Positions 30,096-40,031 of a DNA stretch of 64,000 nucleotides are shown one piece after another. Numbering within the stretch: the first letter of the stretch is position 1; the number at the start of each line of letters is the position of its first letter. The notes under the pieces are model-generated. The model saw only the letters and a program-made list of their open reading frames with translations. It did no database searches and was not told where the DNA came from. Source of the stretch: Planctomycetota bacterium (GTDB lineage Bacteria > Planctomycetota > PLA2 > JAEUHO01); the NCBI GenBank assembly GCA_965223505.1, contig CBDCWP010000010.1:142971-206970 (forward strand), given 5' to 3'. A program made the position numbers and the translations under genes.

Positions 30096-32036
30096 ATGAC
30101 CGCTCAAGCCGAGACCCGCCGCTTCGAGGCGGAGGCCCAGGAGCTGCTGGGTCTGATGATCCACTCGCTCTACACGCAGAAGGACATCTTCCTGCGGGAG
30201 CTGATCTCCAACGCCAGCGACGCGCTCGACAAGCTCCGGCACGCCGCGTTGACGGACGGCTCGTTGCTCGCCGAGGACGAAACGCTCGCGATCCGGCTCG
30301 AGGCGGACAAGGACGCCGGGACGCTGTCGATCATCGACAACGGCATCGGCATGACCCGCGACGAGATGGTCGAGAACCTCGGCACGATCGCGCGTTCGGG
30401 CACGCGCCGCTTCCTCGAAGAGCTGAAGGCGGCGAACGCGGAGCAGGCGCCCGAGCTGATCGGTCAGTTCGGCGTCGGTTTCTACTCGAGCTTCATGGTC
30501 GCCGACGAGGTCGTCGTCGAGTCCCGCAAGGCAGGCGCGGCGCAGGGCGCGCGGTGGTCGTCGCGGGCCGACGGCGAGTACACGCTGGAGGACGCCGACG
30601 TCGCGGAGCGGGGGACGCGCATCACGCTGCACCTGAAGCCGCTCGACAAGAAGGACAAGGACGCGCAGAACTTCCTCGAAGAGTGGACGCTGCGATCGAT
30701 CGTGAAGCAGTACTCGGACTTCGTCGAGTACCCGATCCAGATGGACGTCGAGCGGGACGAGCCCGTGCTCGACGACGAAGGCAAGCCGAAGCCCGGCAAG
30801 ACGACGAAGGTCGTCAAGACCGAGACGCTCAACTCCATGAAGCCCCTCTGGCTGCGCGACAAGCAGTCGATCAAGAACGAGGAGCACGCCGACTTCTACC
30901 GGCACATCACGCACGACTGGAACGAGCCGTACGCCAAGATCCACTTCACGGCCGAGAGTCCGGTCGAGTACACGGCGCTGCTCTATCTGCCGAAGCAGCG
31001 GCCCATGGAGTGGATGGAGGGACCGACTCGCGAGAGCCGGCTCTCGCTCTACGCGCGGCGCGTGCTGATCATGCCCGAGTGCGAGGATCTGCTGCCGCCG
31101 TGGCTTCGTTTCGTGCGCGGCGTCGTGGACTGCTCGGACCTGCCGCTCAACGTCTCCAGGCAGACGCTGCAGGCGAACCCGGTCACCGCGAAGATGCGCA
31201 AGCACCTCGTCAGCAAGCTCCTGCGCACGTTCGGCGAGAAGCTCAAGAAGGACCGCGAGGGCTACGGGGCGTTCTTCGGCGCATTCGGACCCATCCTGAA
31301 AGAGGGCATCTATCAGGGCGACGACGACAAGAACCGCATCAGCAAGGTGTGCTTGTTCGCGAGCACGCACGGCGACGAGCTGACGACGCTCAGTGAGTAC
31401 GTCGAGCGCATGGCGGACGACCAGGACGCGATCTACTACATCACCGGCCTCGACAAGGAGACGTTGGCGAAGTCGCCGCACCTCGAGGCGTACAGGGCGA
31501 AAGGTCACGAGGTGCTCGTCCTGTCGGATCCGGTCGACGAGTGGATGCTGCAGAAGCTGCCGACGTTCGAGGAGAAGCCGCTCAAGGCGATTCACAAGGG
31601 TGACGCAGGTCTGGAGACCGAGGACGACAAGAAGGCGCGCGAGAAGAAGCAGGAAGAGAGCAAGGACCTGCTCGAGGCGATGCAGAAGCAGCTCGACGAG
31701 TGGGTGGGGGAGGTGCGCTTCTCGAGCCGTCTCACCGACAGCCCTGCGGTGCTGGTCTCGCCCGAGGGCTCGATGGGGCCGGCCATGGAGCGCGTCATGC
31801 GGGAGATGGACAAGAACCTCCCCGGCATGCGCCGCATCCTGGAGCTCAACCCGGATCACGCGCTCGTCGCGCGGCTCGAGGCGTGGCACGACGAAGAGCC
31901 CGAGGGCGAGCGCTTCGTCGACTACACCGACCTGCTCCACGGCCAGGCGCTGGTGCGGGAAGGGGAGCAGCCCCCGGACCCCGCTCGGTTTGCGTCGCTG
32001 GTGACCGCGCTCATGCTGCAGGCCGCCGAGTCGTAG
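30096..32036 (+). CDS. htpG: Molecular chaperone HtpG (Hsp90)
   Basis: GGAGGA Shine-Dalgarno 7 nt upstream. Hsp90 N-terminal ATPase motifs (ELISNASDALDK, IGQFGVGFYS). Confidence 0.95.
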   Translation: MTAQAETRRFEAEAQELLGLMIHSLYTQKDIFLRELISNASDALDKLRHAALTDGSLLAEDETLAIRLEADKDAGTLSIIDNGIGMTRDEMVENLGTIARSGTRRFLEELKAANAEQAPELIGQFGVGFYSSFMVADEVVVESRKAGAAQGARWSSRADGEYTLEDADVAERGTRITLHLKPLDKKDKDAQNFLEEWTLRSIVKQYSDFVEYPIQMDVERDEPVLDDEGKPKPGKTTKVVKTETLNSMKPLWLRDKQSIKNEEHADFYRHITHDWNEPYAKIHFTAESPVEYTALLYLPKQRPMEWMEGPTRESRLSLYARRVLIMPECEDLLPPWLRFVRGVVDCSDLPLNVSRQTLQANPVTAKMRKHLVSKLLRTFGEKLKKDREGYGAFFGAFGPILKEGIYQGDDDKNRISKVCLFASTHGDELTTLSEYVERMADDQDAIYYITGLDKETLAKSPHLEAYRAKGHEVLVLSDPVDEWMLQKLPTFEEKPLKAIHKGDAGLETEDDKKAREKKQEESKDLLEAMQKQLDEWVGEVRFSSRLTDSPAVLVSPEGSMGPAMERVMREMDKNLPGMRRILELNPDHALVARLEAWHDEEPEGERFVDYTDLLHGQALVREGEQPPDPARFASLVTALMLQAAES

Positions 32037-32053
32037 CGGGGCGTCCCGGCGTC

Positions 32054-32356
32054 CTAGGCGTCCACGTCCCTGGCGATCTGCTCGAGGCGCGCCACGTGTG
32101 CCAGGAAGGCCTTGCGGCCCTTGGCCGTCAGATTGCAGGTCGTCAGCGGCTTCCGGTCGACGAACGACTTCGTCACGGCGACGTAGCCGGCGTCCTCGAG
32201 CTTGCGTAGATGCACGCCCAGGTTGCCCTGCGTCATGCCGAGCAGCGTCTTCAGGTCCGAGAACGTCGCCTTCGGGCGCGTCACCAGCACCGTCACGATG
32301 CCCAGGCGCGCCTGGGACAGCAGCATGACGTCGAAGTCGTTGTGGCGCTGGGTCAC
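32054..32356 (-). CDS. Small winged-helix (MarR/PadR-like) transcriptional regulator
   Basis: GTG start overlapping the upstream stop (GTGA). wHTH signature LGVHLRKLEDAGYVAVTKSFVDRKPLTTCNLTAKGRKAF. Confidence 0.55.
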   Translation of the reverse strand: MTQRHNDFDVMLLSQARLGIVTVLVTRPKATFSDLKTLLGMTQGNLGVHLRKLEDAGYVAVTKSFVDRKPLTTCNLTAKGRKAFLAHVARLEQIARDVDA

Positions 32357-32982
32357 TCGGCTCCCTGTGCGACTTCCCTGCGCATCGCACGCACCCGGCG
32401 TTCGGCCCGCAGTCCGGGCACCAGCAGCCCGAGCCCCATGAACGGCCCGAGGATGTAGCCGTTTTGGACCGGGAAGATCATGGCGAGAACGACGCCGACG
32501 AAGATGAACAGCCCGAAGCCGATGAACTCCTTGCGGTAGACGACGCCGATCATCGTGGCCATCACGGCGTACACCCAGCCCCAGACGACGGGGGCGTTCT
32601 TGCCGTCGATGAAGCCGATCGCGGGGCCGGTGGACGACAGCACGATGCCCGCGCCCACGCACAGCCATGCGATGGTGCCGATCTGATTGGAGATGACGGT
32701 GTTCTCGCCGGGCAGGCGCGGCTTCTTGCGCAGTCGCGCCTCGCCCCAGAACGTCAGCGTCATGCCGAGCACGAACGAGATCACGCCCGTCCAGATCATG
32801 CCCGCGGTGTTGCCTTGCGCATCGAACCAGTGGGCGAGGGGGTACCAGATCAAGACGATGGCGCCCCAGTGGACGAAGTGAAACGCGTGCGGATCGATGT
32901 GCAAGTCGGTCTTGCGGACCAGCTCCCGGATGAAGTCGAGGTCCTTGATCGCGCTGTGGCGGTCCATCGCGGCCTCCATCAC
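32353..32982 (-). CDS. Hypothetical integral membrane protein (5-6 TM)
   Basis: High GC3. ATGA overlap with the upstream TPR gene. No family recognised. Confidence 0.6.
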   Translation of the reverse strand: MMEAAMDRHSAIKDLDFIRELVRKTDLHIDPHAFHFVHWGAIVLIWYPLAHWFDAQGNTAGMIWTGVISFVLGMTLTFWGEARLRKKPRLPGENTVISNQIGTIAWLCVGAGIVLSSTGPAIGFIDGKNAPVVWGWVYAVMATMIGVVYRKEFIGFGLFIFVGVVLAMIFPVQNGYILGPFMGLGLLVPGLRAERRVRAMRREVAQGAE

Positions 32983-33839
32983 TCACCCAGCCCTTCGAGC
33001 TCCTTGCGAAGCGACGTGCTCTCGGGATGGCGCGCGATCGCCGACTCCAGCGCCGCCTTCGCCTTGTCGCGCTTGCCTTGCTTCACGTAGAGACGCGAAA
33101 GCTGCAGATACGTCTGCACGTGCTTCTCCTCGGGCGCGTTGCGTTCCTGGACCTCGCGCACCTTCTCGAACTCGCGAATGGCGTCGGGACCCTTGCCGAG
33201 GAAGTCCGGGTAGTTCGCATAGCTCATCCCGATCGAGAAGCGGGCGTCCCAGTGGTTCTCGTCGCGCTCGAGCACTTCCTTCCACTGCTTTTCGGCCCTC
33301 ATCGCCCAGTCGCCCTTCTCGGGACCGTCGGGCACGGTGAACAGCTTCAAGATGTAGCCGTTGGCGAGCTCCATTCGGGCGTCGATGTTCTCGGGATCGG
33401 CCTCGACCTTCTTCTCCATGCCGCCGAGCATGGCTTCGAGCGTCTTGCCGTCCTTGACGAGCGCCCAATACTCCTTCTGCTCCTCGTCGCTCAGCTTGCG
33501 TTCCCAGTACTTGGGGGCGAGCTCCGCGAGGCGGGCGATCCGCTTCTCCGCCGTGTCCGGCGTCTCCGCATCGGGGGCGGGCGTGTTCGCCGCCGTTCGC
33601 GCGGGCGGCGGCGCGACCGGTTCCGACGCGGGGCCCGGCGCGTCCGGCCGGCCCTCGAGCTGGGCGCGCTCGCGTTCCTGCATCTGCTGCGTCAGTCGTT
33701 CGATGGAGGCCTCGATGCGCTCGAGGCGCGCTTCGTCGAGCGCGCTGTCGTCGGCGGGGGACTCGTTGAGGATGGATACGACACCGACCGCCAATGCGCC
33801 GAGGGCGACCACCATCGCGGGAATGCTCATGTTGTTCAT
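32979..33839 (-). CDS. Membrane-anchored TPR-like repeat protein
   Basis: Internal ATG with a GGAG Shine-Dalgarno. N-terminal TM (MSIPAMVVALGALAVGVVSIL) and a helical repeat C-terminus. Confidence 0.7.
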   Translation of the reverse strand: MNNMSIPAMVVALGALAVGVVSILNESPADDSALDEARLERIEASIERLTQQMQERERAQLEGRPDAPGPASEPVAPPPARTAANTPAPDAETPDTAEKRIARLAELAPKYWERKLSDEEQKEYWALVKDGKTLEAMLGGMEKKVEADPENIDARMELANGYILKLFTVPDGPEKGDWAMRAEKQWKEVLERDENHWDARFSIGMSYANYPDFLGKGPDAIREFEKVREVQERNAPEEKHVQTYLQLSRLYVKQGKRDKAKAALESAIARHPESTSLRKELEGLGE

Positions 33840-33941
33840 CGGACGTCTCCGGCCCCTGTGTGGGGCTGTCACTCTATGTGGTCTGAAAAATAGACTAGTT
33901 TGTGGAGATGTCAACTCTGCGCCGCGAGAAATTCGGCGGGG

Positions 33942-34571
33942 CTAGGGGAGGGCGGCCGCCAGTGCCGTGAGGTGGCGCTGGAGGCGGCGGCCCGTCGGCG
34001 TGGCGCGGTACCGCGTGGACGGCGGGTAGCCCGACTCGACGATGCGCCGCAGCCAGCCGCACGCCTCGAGCTCCTTGAGCGCCAGGGCCAGCGCCCGCGG
34101 CGAGATCTGGGGCAAAACGGCGCGCAGTTCGCTGAACCGACAGGCGCCGCGGCCCACGGCCGCGAGCGTGGGGCACGACCACTTTTGGAGCCCGATCCGG
34201 ACGTGGTCCGCGCTGCGGAGCGCGCGCCAGAGCGACCGCACGGGCGCCGCGATACGTACGCCGGCGGGTCCGAGGACGTACTCGGGGCGCATCGGGTGCC
34301 CGTAGCCCGGATTGCGCACCACCAGATCGAGCCGCCGCAGCTCGTCCAGCGTGCGGCGCAGGCTGTCGCGGCTCACGCCCAGGCGCTTGACCAGCGTGAC
34401 GAACTTGCACCCCTTCGAGCGCGCGACCTCGGCGACGACGGGGACGCTCCACCGATGGTGGAACAGCGCGACCAGCCGGGACGCGCCCACAGGATCGGCG
34501 TCCTGGGCGGAGGGGGATCGGGCCGTGGTCCGGGCGGCGGGCGCCATGCGATCAAGCCTAGGTTGACACAA
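33942..34571 (-). CDS. HxlR-family transcriptional regulator with two tandem HxlR-like wHTH halves
   Basis: Two copies of the HxlR signature (HHRWSVPVVAEVARSKGCKFVTLVKRLGVS... and LQKWSCPTLAAVGRGACRFSELRAVLPQISPRALALALKELEACGWL). Divergent from a VOC-family gene. Confidence 0.7.
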   Translation of the reverse strand: MCQPRLDRMAPAARTTARSPSAQDADPVGASRLVALFHHRWSVPVVAEVARSKGCKFVTLVKRLGVSRDSLRRTLDELRRLDLVVRNPGYGHPMRPEYVLGPAGVRIAAPVRSLWRALRSADHVRIGLQKWSCPTLAAVGRGACRFSELRAVLPQISPRALALALKELEACGWLRRIVESGYPPSTRYRATPTGRRLQRHLTALAAALP

Positions 34572-34635
34572 AACAGTATCAAGTATAAAAACCGTACTCC
34601 GGTGATGGGATACCGGTGCTGAAGGAGAGACACGA

Positions 34636-35016
34636 ATGGCTTCATCGCTCGGCTATGACGGCGGGATCACCGCGGCGCTCGGTGTGAGCAACCTCGACGA
34701 CGCGATCGCGTGGTACAGCGGCGTTCTGGGCTTCGAGCTGCTCTACAAGCTCGACGAGATGGGCTGGTGCGAGCTCAAGACCGAGACCGGGGGCGTGAAC
34801 GTGGGCCTGTCCCAGGTCGAGAGCGTGGCCGCCGAAGGCGGCGCGACGCTCACGTTCGGTGTCAAGGACATCGGTGCGGCGCGGACCGAGCTCGAAGGCA
34901 AGGGCGTTCGCTTCGACGGCGAGACCCAGGTCATTCCCGACATGGTCAGCCTCGCGACGTTCTTCGACCTGGACGGCAACAAGCTGATGTTGTTCCAGGA
35001 CCTCTCGTCCAAGTAG
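34636..35016 (+). CDS. VOC family protein (glyoxalase/bleomycin-resistance fold)
   Basis: 126 aa, beta-alpha-beta-beta-beta modules. Classic divergent pairing with an HxlR regulator. Confidence 0.85.
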   Translation: MASSLGYDGGITAALGVSNLDDAIAWYSGVLGFELLYKLDEMGWCELKTETGGVNVGLSQVESVAAEGGATLTFGVKDIGAARTELEGKGVRFDGETQVIPDMVSLATFFDLDGNKLMLFQDLSSK

Positions 35017-35028
35017 GCGTCCGCCAGG

Positions 35029-36087
35029 CTAGGCCCACACGTCGGCGACGGCGTGAGATGCCGCGATGGCCTCGGCGGGGTGGGTGACGTCGAGGCCGCG
35101 CGGCCTGCCGGTGTCCACGCGTGCGAACACGAAGTGCACGTGCGTGTCCCCCCGCTGTTCCAGCTCCCGCGACCACGCGTCGTAGTTGCGGTGCGATGCG
35201 AATGGCTCGAGGTGGGTAGCGATGGGCTCGATGCCGAGCAGGTGGACGTCGATGTGCGCCTTCGGGAAGGCCTCGCGCAGCAGGTCGAGCAGTCGGACGC
35301 GCTTCGTCTCGTCGCCGGGGCTGTAAGTGATGATCTCGAAGCGGCCGTCGGCATGCAGCCGGCACGGCGCTTCCTCGAGGATCGCGCGGATGACGTCGAG
35401 GCCGTCGGCGCCGCCGTGCGAGTGCAGGAAGTGCGATCCGCCCGGGGGGACCAGCTCGAAAGGCGGATTCACGAGGATCACGTCGAAGCGACGTTCGGCC
35501 GCGAACGGCTCGAACAGCGATCCCTGGTGCAGCGTGATCGCGCCGCGTTGATCGTTGAGCGCCATGTTGAAGCGCGCGAAGGCGAGCGCGCGCGGGTTGA
35601 TATCGACGCCGTCGACAGCGGCTGCGCGCTCCGCGGCGAACAGACTGTTCACACCCGAGCCGAGACAGAGCTCCAAGACCCGGTCCTTCGGCCGGACGTC
35701 CATGTGCCGGACGAGATAGACTTGCTCGAACATCAACGAGAAGACCTGGTCTTCGCTCCGGTGACTGAGCAGGTCGGTGGCGATCAGCTTGCCGTCGAGC
35801 TCGAACACGCGCACCTGCGGGCGGTGAAGGTCCGTGTCGCCGTGCGTGCGCGACAGCCCCGCCTGCGCGAGGACGCCCGAGATTCGACGATCTTCGTCCG
35901 CGAACGTGAAGCGCGCAGGTTCGGCGCGCAGAAAGAAGGCATCGAAGCGCTCGGGATCGGACCTCAGCCAGCCCGCGAGGCCGTCTCGCGCGCGCCGCAT
36001 CGCGTCGGGCTCCAGGACCGTGGGGGGATCGAACGCCGTGCGCTCGCCCGCCCTCGACGCCAGGAACCTGCGAAATGCCTCGAACAT
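35029..36087 (-). CDS. SAM-dependent methyltransferase with NPPF motif (HemK/RsmC-like small-domain MTase)
   Basis: Motif I LELCLGSGVNS and motif IV ILVNPPF. Start at the internal ATG; the upstream part of the long ORF looks out-of-frame. Confidence 0.7.
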   Translation of the reverse strand: MFEAFRRFLASRAGERTAFDPPTVLEPDAMRRARDGLAGWLRSDPERFDAFFLRAEPARFTFADEDRRISGVLAQAGLSRTHGDTDLHRPQVRVFELDGKLIATDLLSHRSEDQVFSLMFEQVYLVRHMDVRPKDRVLELCLGSGVNSLFAAERAAAVDGVDINPRALAFARFNMALNDQRGAITLHQGSLFEPFAAERRFDVILVNPPFELVPPGGSHFLHSHGGADGLDVIRAILEEAPCRLHADGRFEIITYSPGDETKRVRLLDLLREAFPKAHIDVHLLGIEPIATHLEPFASHRNYDAWSRELEQRGDTHVHFVFARVDTGRPRGLDVTHPAEAIAASHAVADVWA

Positions 36088-36204
36088 GGGCGCATTGCAC
36101 GGAAGGGGGCCGTCGGAATCAACGCCCCGCCCGCATCTCTCGGGAAACCTTTTACAACTGTAAAAGGTCGGCCTAGCATGCGTCGACCCGTACCGAGGGC
36201 CGCC

Positions 36205-36666
36205 ATGAAGACGATGTCGTTCGATTTCCGTTGCACACCCGAGCAGCTCTGGCCCTGGCTCACCGAGCTGGAGCGCCAGAAGCAGTGGATGAAGGGGCTG
36301 CTCGAGAGCGAGCTCGTCGAAGGGGACGGGGGTGCCGGCTCCAAGATCCGCATGAAGATCAAGGAGGGCGGTCGCGTCGCGGAGTACGACGGACGATTGA
36401 CCGCGTTCGAGCCGGCGAAGGAGCTCGCGCTCGACATGACCGGCGGGTGCTTCAAGGAGGGGCAATCGTTCTCGATCGTCTATCGCCTGCATCGCCTCGG
36501 CGACGGCGGCACTCGCCTCGACATTGGATCCGACGCGAACGGCATGTCCGGCGTCACGTGGCGGCTCTTCGGCCGGCTGTTCATGTGGCTCGGCAAGATG
36601 CAGCTCAAGCGGCACATGAAGACCCTGAAGCGCCTGGCCGAGACGCCCGAACGCCAGGTCGCGTAG
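36205..36666 (+). CDS. SRPBCC (START/Bet v1/polyketide-cyclase-like) family protein
   Basis: GAGGG Shine-Dalgarno 5 nt upstream. 153 aa with typical SRPBCC length and composition. Confidence 0.8.
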   Translation: MKTMSFDFRCTPEQLWPWLTELERQKQWMKGLLESELVEGDGGAGSKIRMKIKEGGRVAEYDGRLTAFEPAKELALDMTGGCFKEGQSFSIVYRLHRLGDGGTRLDIGSDANGMSGVTWRLFGRLFMWLGKMQLKRHMKTLKRLAETPERQVA

Positions 36667-36779
36667 CGCCTGCGGGGGCGCCCGTTTCGCCGCTGCCATC
36701 TTTCTGGAATAATGCCGCCCCGGCCCGATCCGGCACGCGGGCACAAGGGGGGAGTCCGCGACGTCGCCAGGAGAACCTC

Positions 36780-38792
36780 ATGCGCTCACGCAAGCGTTCC
36801 GTCATCCGTATTGCCGCAGCGGCACTCACGCTCGCGCTGGTCACGGGAGGCTGCGGCGGCGGCGGGGGGCCGGGCTTCGTCATTCCGCTGCCGGTCGCGG
36901 GTCTGGCGCCCGCGGCGCAGATCTGGGTGCAGGACGCGACGATCGGCACGGGCGGCGGCGGCCAGTTCTTCCACGGCCAAGGGGTGGACGCCGACGGCGA
37001 TGTGGTCGGCTACGAGTGGGACTTCGAGTCCGACGGCACGTTCGACAGCACCGATCAATTCGCGATCTTCCCGTACGCGACGGAGGGATTGAAGACCGTC
37101 ACGTTGCGCGTTACGGATGACGAAGGCGCGACGACGACGGCGACCGCGGTGATCTCCGTTCGAAACGCACCGCCGACCGCCTCGGCGCCGACGCTGAACG
37201 TCCGCGCGTTCACGCTCTGTGCGCAGGCGAGCAAGGAGATCCTGTTCATCGCGGAAGCAGAAGACCCGGACGGCGACGCGATCACGAACTTCGCCTGGGA
37301 CTTCGAGTCGGACGGCACGATCGACGTGGCCGTCGACCCGACCGGCCGCCAGAAGTTCACGTACGCGACGTCCGACACGTTCAAGTGCACGTGCACCGTC
37401 ACGGACGCCGACGGGGCCACCACCGAGGCGTCCGTGGCCGTGGCCTTGTGCGACCCCGGGACCGTGCCGGAGCTGCCGCCGGCGCTGCAGATCGTGCGAG
37501 GGGACGGCATCCGCCAGACCACGGCGGGTGGATCGATCACCTTCTGCGCCGTGGGCGGGGACGTCGACGGAGGCATGCTGCCCGACGCGAGCTACACGTG
37601 GGATCTGAACAACGACGGCATCTTCGACAACGGCGTCGGGCAGACGGTGACCACCGACTTCGGATCGGTCGTCGGCGCGTACAACGTGCGCGTGCGCGCG
37701 CTGGACGACGAGGGGAACTCCGCCGAGGCCATGATGACGGCACTGGTGCTCGCCGCGCCGGGAGCGGCTGGCCCGCCCAACGCGAGGGCGTGGGCCGAAA
37801 CGATCCTGGCTCCGTCCGGCGAGGCCATCCAATTCCACGGGCGCGGCAACGACCCTGCAGGGGATCCGGTCACGCTCAGCTGGGACTTCGACGGGGACGG
37901 CATCGAGGACTCGACAGCCAGCAACCCCATCTTCACGTTCCCGGTGCCGGGCATCTACCGGCCGACCTTGACCGTCACGGACGGAGCGGAGACCGCCGAG
38001 GCCGACCTGACCGTCGTGATCGAGGACTGCAACGACGCAGGTCCCGGGCCGTACTTCTGGTTCGACTGCGACCCCGTCACGATCTTCCACGGCGGCAGGG
38101 CCACGATCTCGATGGGTCCGGGCGTCGTCGCGGGCAGCTCGCCGACGATGTTCTCGGTCAAGAGCATCAACGGGACCATCGGCGGCGACTTCGCGGCCGC
38201 CGAGCTGGCGACACCGGGGCTCGGTCCGCTGCCCACGGGACTGATGGCGGTTCCGGGCGTCCCGATCGCAATCACGATCGACTCCATCGCCGTCGACGGT
38301 CCGCCGGGTCTCGAGGTCTACACCGTCACGACGCGTCTGGTGGACCCGGGCGTCCGCGTGCAAATCCTCAAGTGCCGGCTCAGCGTGGCCCACGACGTCG
38401 TGAACGCGACGTTCGACATCGCGCCGTTCGAGATAAGCGATCAATGGAACGCGCACATGCGGGTGCGGGTGAATGCCGGAGGCCAGCCGTTCGGCGGGAT
38501 CCTGCCGGAGGTGTTCGCGGTCGAGATCCACCGGATGGATCAAACCCCCAACATGACCAACCTCAACTTCGTTCCGATGACGATCACGCCCGGCTGGATT
38601 CCGGCGAACATCCCCGAGGGGATCCAGTTCGGATCCATGACGCCGCTGGTCGACGGTGGTTCGGACCTCGAGTTCACCTTCAACTACCAGACCGGCGCCG
38701 GCGTTGCCGGACCGCCGGTGACCCAGGGGACGATCATCCTCCGGGGCAACAGCGGCGAGATCGTCGGCCGGCAGGCGATTCCCTATCCGTAG
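36780..38792 (+). CDS. PKD-repeat lipoprotein (at least 4 PKD domains)
   Basis: AGGAGA Shine-Dalgarno. Lipoprotein signal (ALTLALVTGGC). Repeated WDFESDGT / WDLNNDG / WDFDGDG PKD motifs. Confidence 0.85.
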   Translation: MRSRKRSVIRIAAAALTLALVTGGCGGGGGPGFVIPLPVAGLAPAAQIWVQDATIGTGGGGQFFHGQGVDADGDVVGYEWDFESDGTFDSTDQFAIFPYATEGLKTVTLRVTDDEGATTTATAVISVRNAPPTASAPTLNVRAFTLCAQASKEILFIAEAEDPDGDAITNFAWDFESDGTIDVAVDPTGRQKFTYATSDTFKCTCTVTDADGATTEASVAVALCDPGTVPELPPALQIVRGDGIRQTTAGGSITFCAVGGDVDGGMLPDASYTWDLNNDGIFDNGVGQTVTTDFGSVVGAYNVRVRALDDEGNSAEAMMTALVLAAPGAAGPPNARAWAETILAPSGEAIQFHGRGNDPAGDPVTLSWDFDGDGIEDSTASNPIFTFPVPGIYRPTLTVTDGAETAEADLTVVIEDCNDAGPGPYFWFDCDPVTIFHGGRATISMGPGVVAGSSPTMFSVKSINGTIGGDFAAAELATPGLGPLPTGLMAVPGVPIAITIDSIAVDGPPGLEVYTVTTRLVDPGVRVQILKCRLSVAHDVVNATFDIAPFEISDQWNAHMRVRVNAGGQPFGGILPEVFAVEIHRMDQTPNMTNLNFVPMTITPGWIPANIPEGIQFGSMTPLVDGGSDLEFTFNYQTGAGVAGPPVTQGTIILRGNSGEIVGRQAIPYP

Positions 38793-38909
38793 TCGCGGCC
38801 CCGTCGCGCAATCGGAGCGGAGCGCGAAGCGAAGCGTTGTCTCGCTGCGTCGTCCCGCGTAGCGTGCGCGGCACGGACGGATCGAAACCCAGGGAAAAGG
38901 AGGAAACTC

Positions 38910-39587
38910 ATGTTCATCAAGACGGCGCGGCGGTCTCATCTTGCAGTCTGTGCAATCGTGCTCGGCATGGCGCTCGGCGCGTGCGGCGGCGACGGAGACA
39001 ACGGCGGCGGCGGGAGCGCAGGGGCCGATGGCGCCGCGTCACCCGACGAGCTCGTCAGCAAGATGCAGGTGGCGGTCAACAACGACGACTTTCCGGCCAT
39101 GCTGCCGCTGCTGGTCCCGAAACAACGCGCGATGATCACCTTCGGCGTGTACATGGGCGCGGAGATGATGGTCGGCATGAGCACGAGGATGGCGGGGATG
39201 GGCGGCGACGAGGGGCAGGCCGCGGCCAAGAAGCTGAGTGACGACTGGTCCGCCATCAAGAAGCGGCACGGCCTTCCGGGGGACAAGGGCGCGAAGCCGG
39301 AGGGACTCGACACCGACGACAAGGATCAGATGATCGAGGGCATGAACAAGCTATTGGGCCACGTGGACCACGCGGCGTTTCTGAAGGACGCGCTCGCGTT
39401 CATGCGCGCCAACAAGGACCCCGATGAAGAGGGCGGCGCGATGGACACCATGAAGGGCACGTTCAAGAACCTGAAAGTCGACGGTGAGAGCGGCACCGTC
39501 GAGCTGGAAAAAGACGACGGGACCGAGACCGTCGGCATCGTCAAGATCGACGGTCGGTGGTACGCCGACCTGAAGGACACGATGTAG
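38910..39587 (+). CDS. Hypothetical lipoprotein
   Basis: Strong AAGGAGGA Shine-Dalgarno. Lipoprotein signal (AIVLGMALGAC). Confidence 0.75.
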   Translation: MFIKTARRSHLAVCAIVLGMALGACGGDGDNGGGGSAGADGAASPDELVSKMQVAVNNDDFPAMLPLLVPKQRAMITFGVYMGAEMMVGMSTRMAGMGGDEGQAAAKKLSDDWSAIKKRHGLPGDKGAKPEGLDTDDKDQMIEGMNKLLGHVDHAAFLKDALAFMRANKDPDEEGGAMDTMKGTFKNLKVDGESGTVELEKDDGTETVGIVKIDGRWYADLKDTM

Positions 39588-39776
39588 CGTCGGGCGGCTA
39601 CATTCGTCGGGATCTCACGGCATGAGATACGCCGCGGCCGTGAGCACGGCCGCGGTGATCGACGCCTGGAGGTAGAGCCGGCGCGACTTCGCGCGTAGCG
39701 CGTCGCGCAACGCCTCGTCGTCGATCGCTTCCGTCTTGCCGTTCACCTCGCGCACACCCTGTGCGGCGCGCGCGAC

Positions 39777-39974
39777 TCACGTGCCCGCCGCGGCCTGGAA
39801 GAAGCTCAGGCCCGCGACGAACAGCGGCAAGAACAGAAGCAGGCGCCAGGTCTTCGCGAACCCCTGCTGGTCGAACCAGAACAGGATCCCGCCGCAGACC
39901 AGGAGGATCACGAAGCCGCTCCACCAGCGTTTCGAGCGGCCCCCGCGGTCGAGATTGGTCGCGTTCTTGGACAA
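39777..39974 (-). CDS. Possible 65-aa small two-TM membrane protein (DUF2892/YgaP-like flavour)
   Basis: TTG start with a GGGAG Shine-Dalgarno 7 nt upstream. Very high GC3. It is the C-terminal tail of an otherwise spurious long antisense ORF. Confidence 0.3.
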   Translation of the reverse strand: MSKNATNLDRGGRSKRWWSGFVILLVCGGILFWFDQQGFAKTWRLLLFLPLFVAGLSFFQAAAGT

Positions 39975-40031
39975 GGTCGAGCTCCCGCGCCAACGCGCTG
40001 CCGCCGGATTGCATCCTACACTTGCTCGGCC

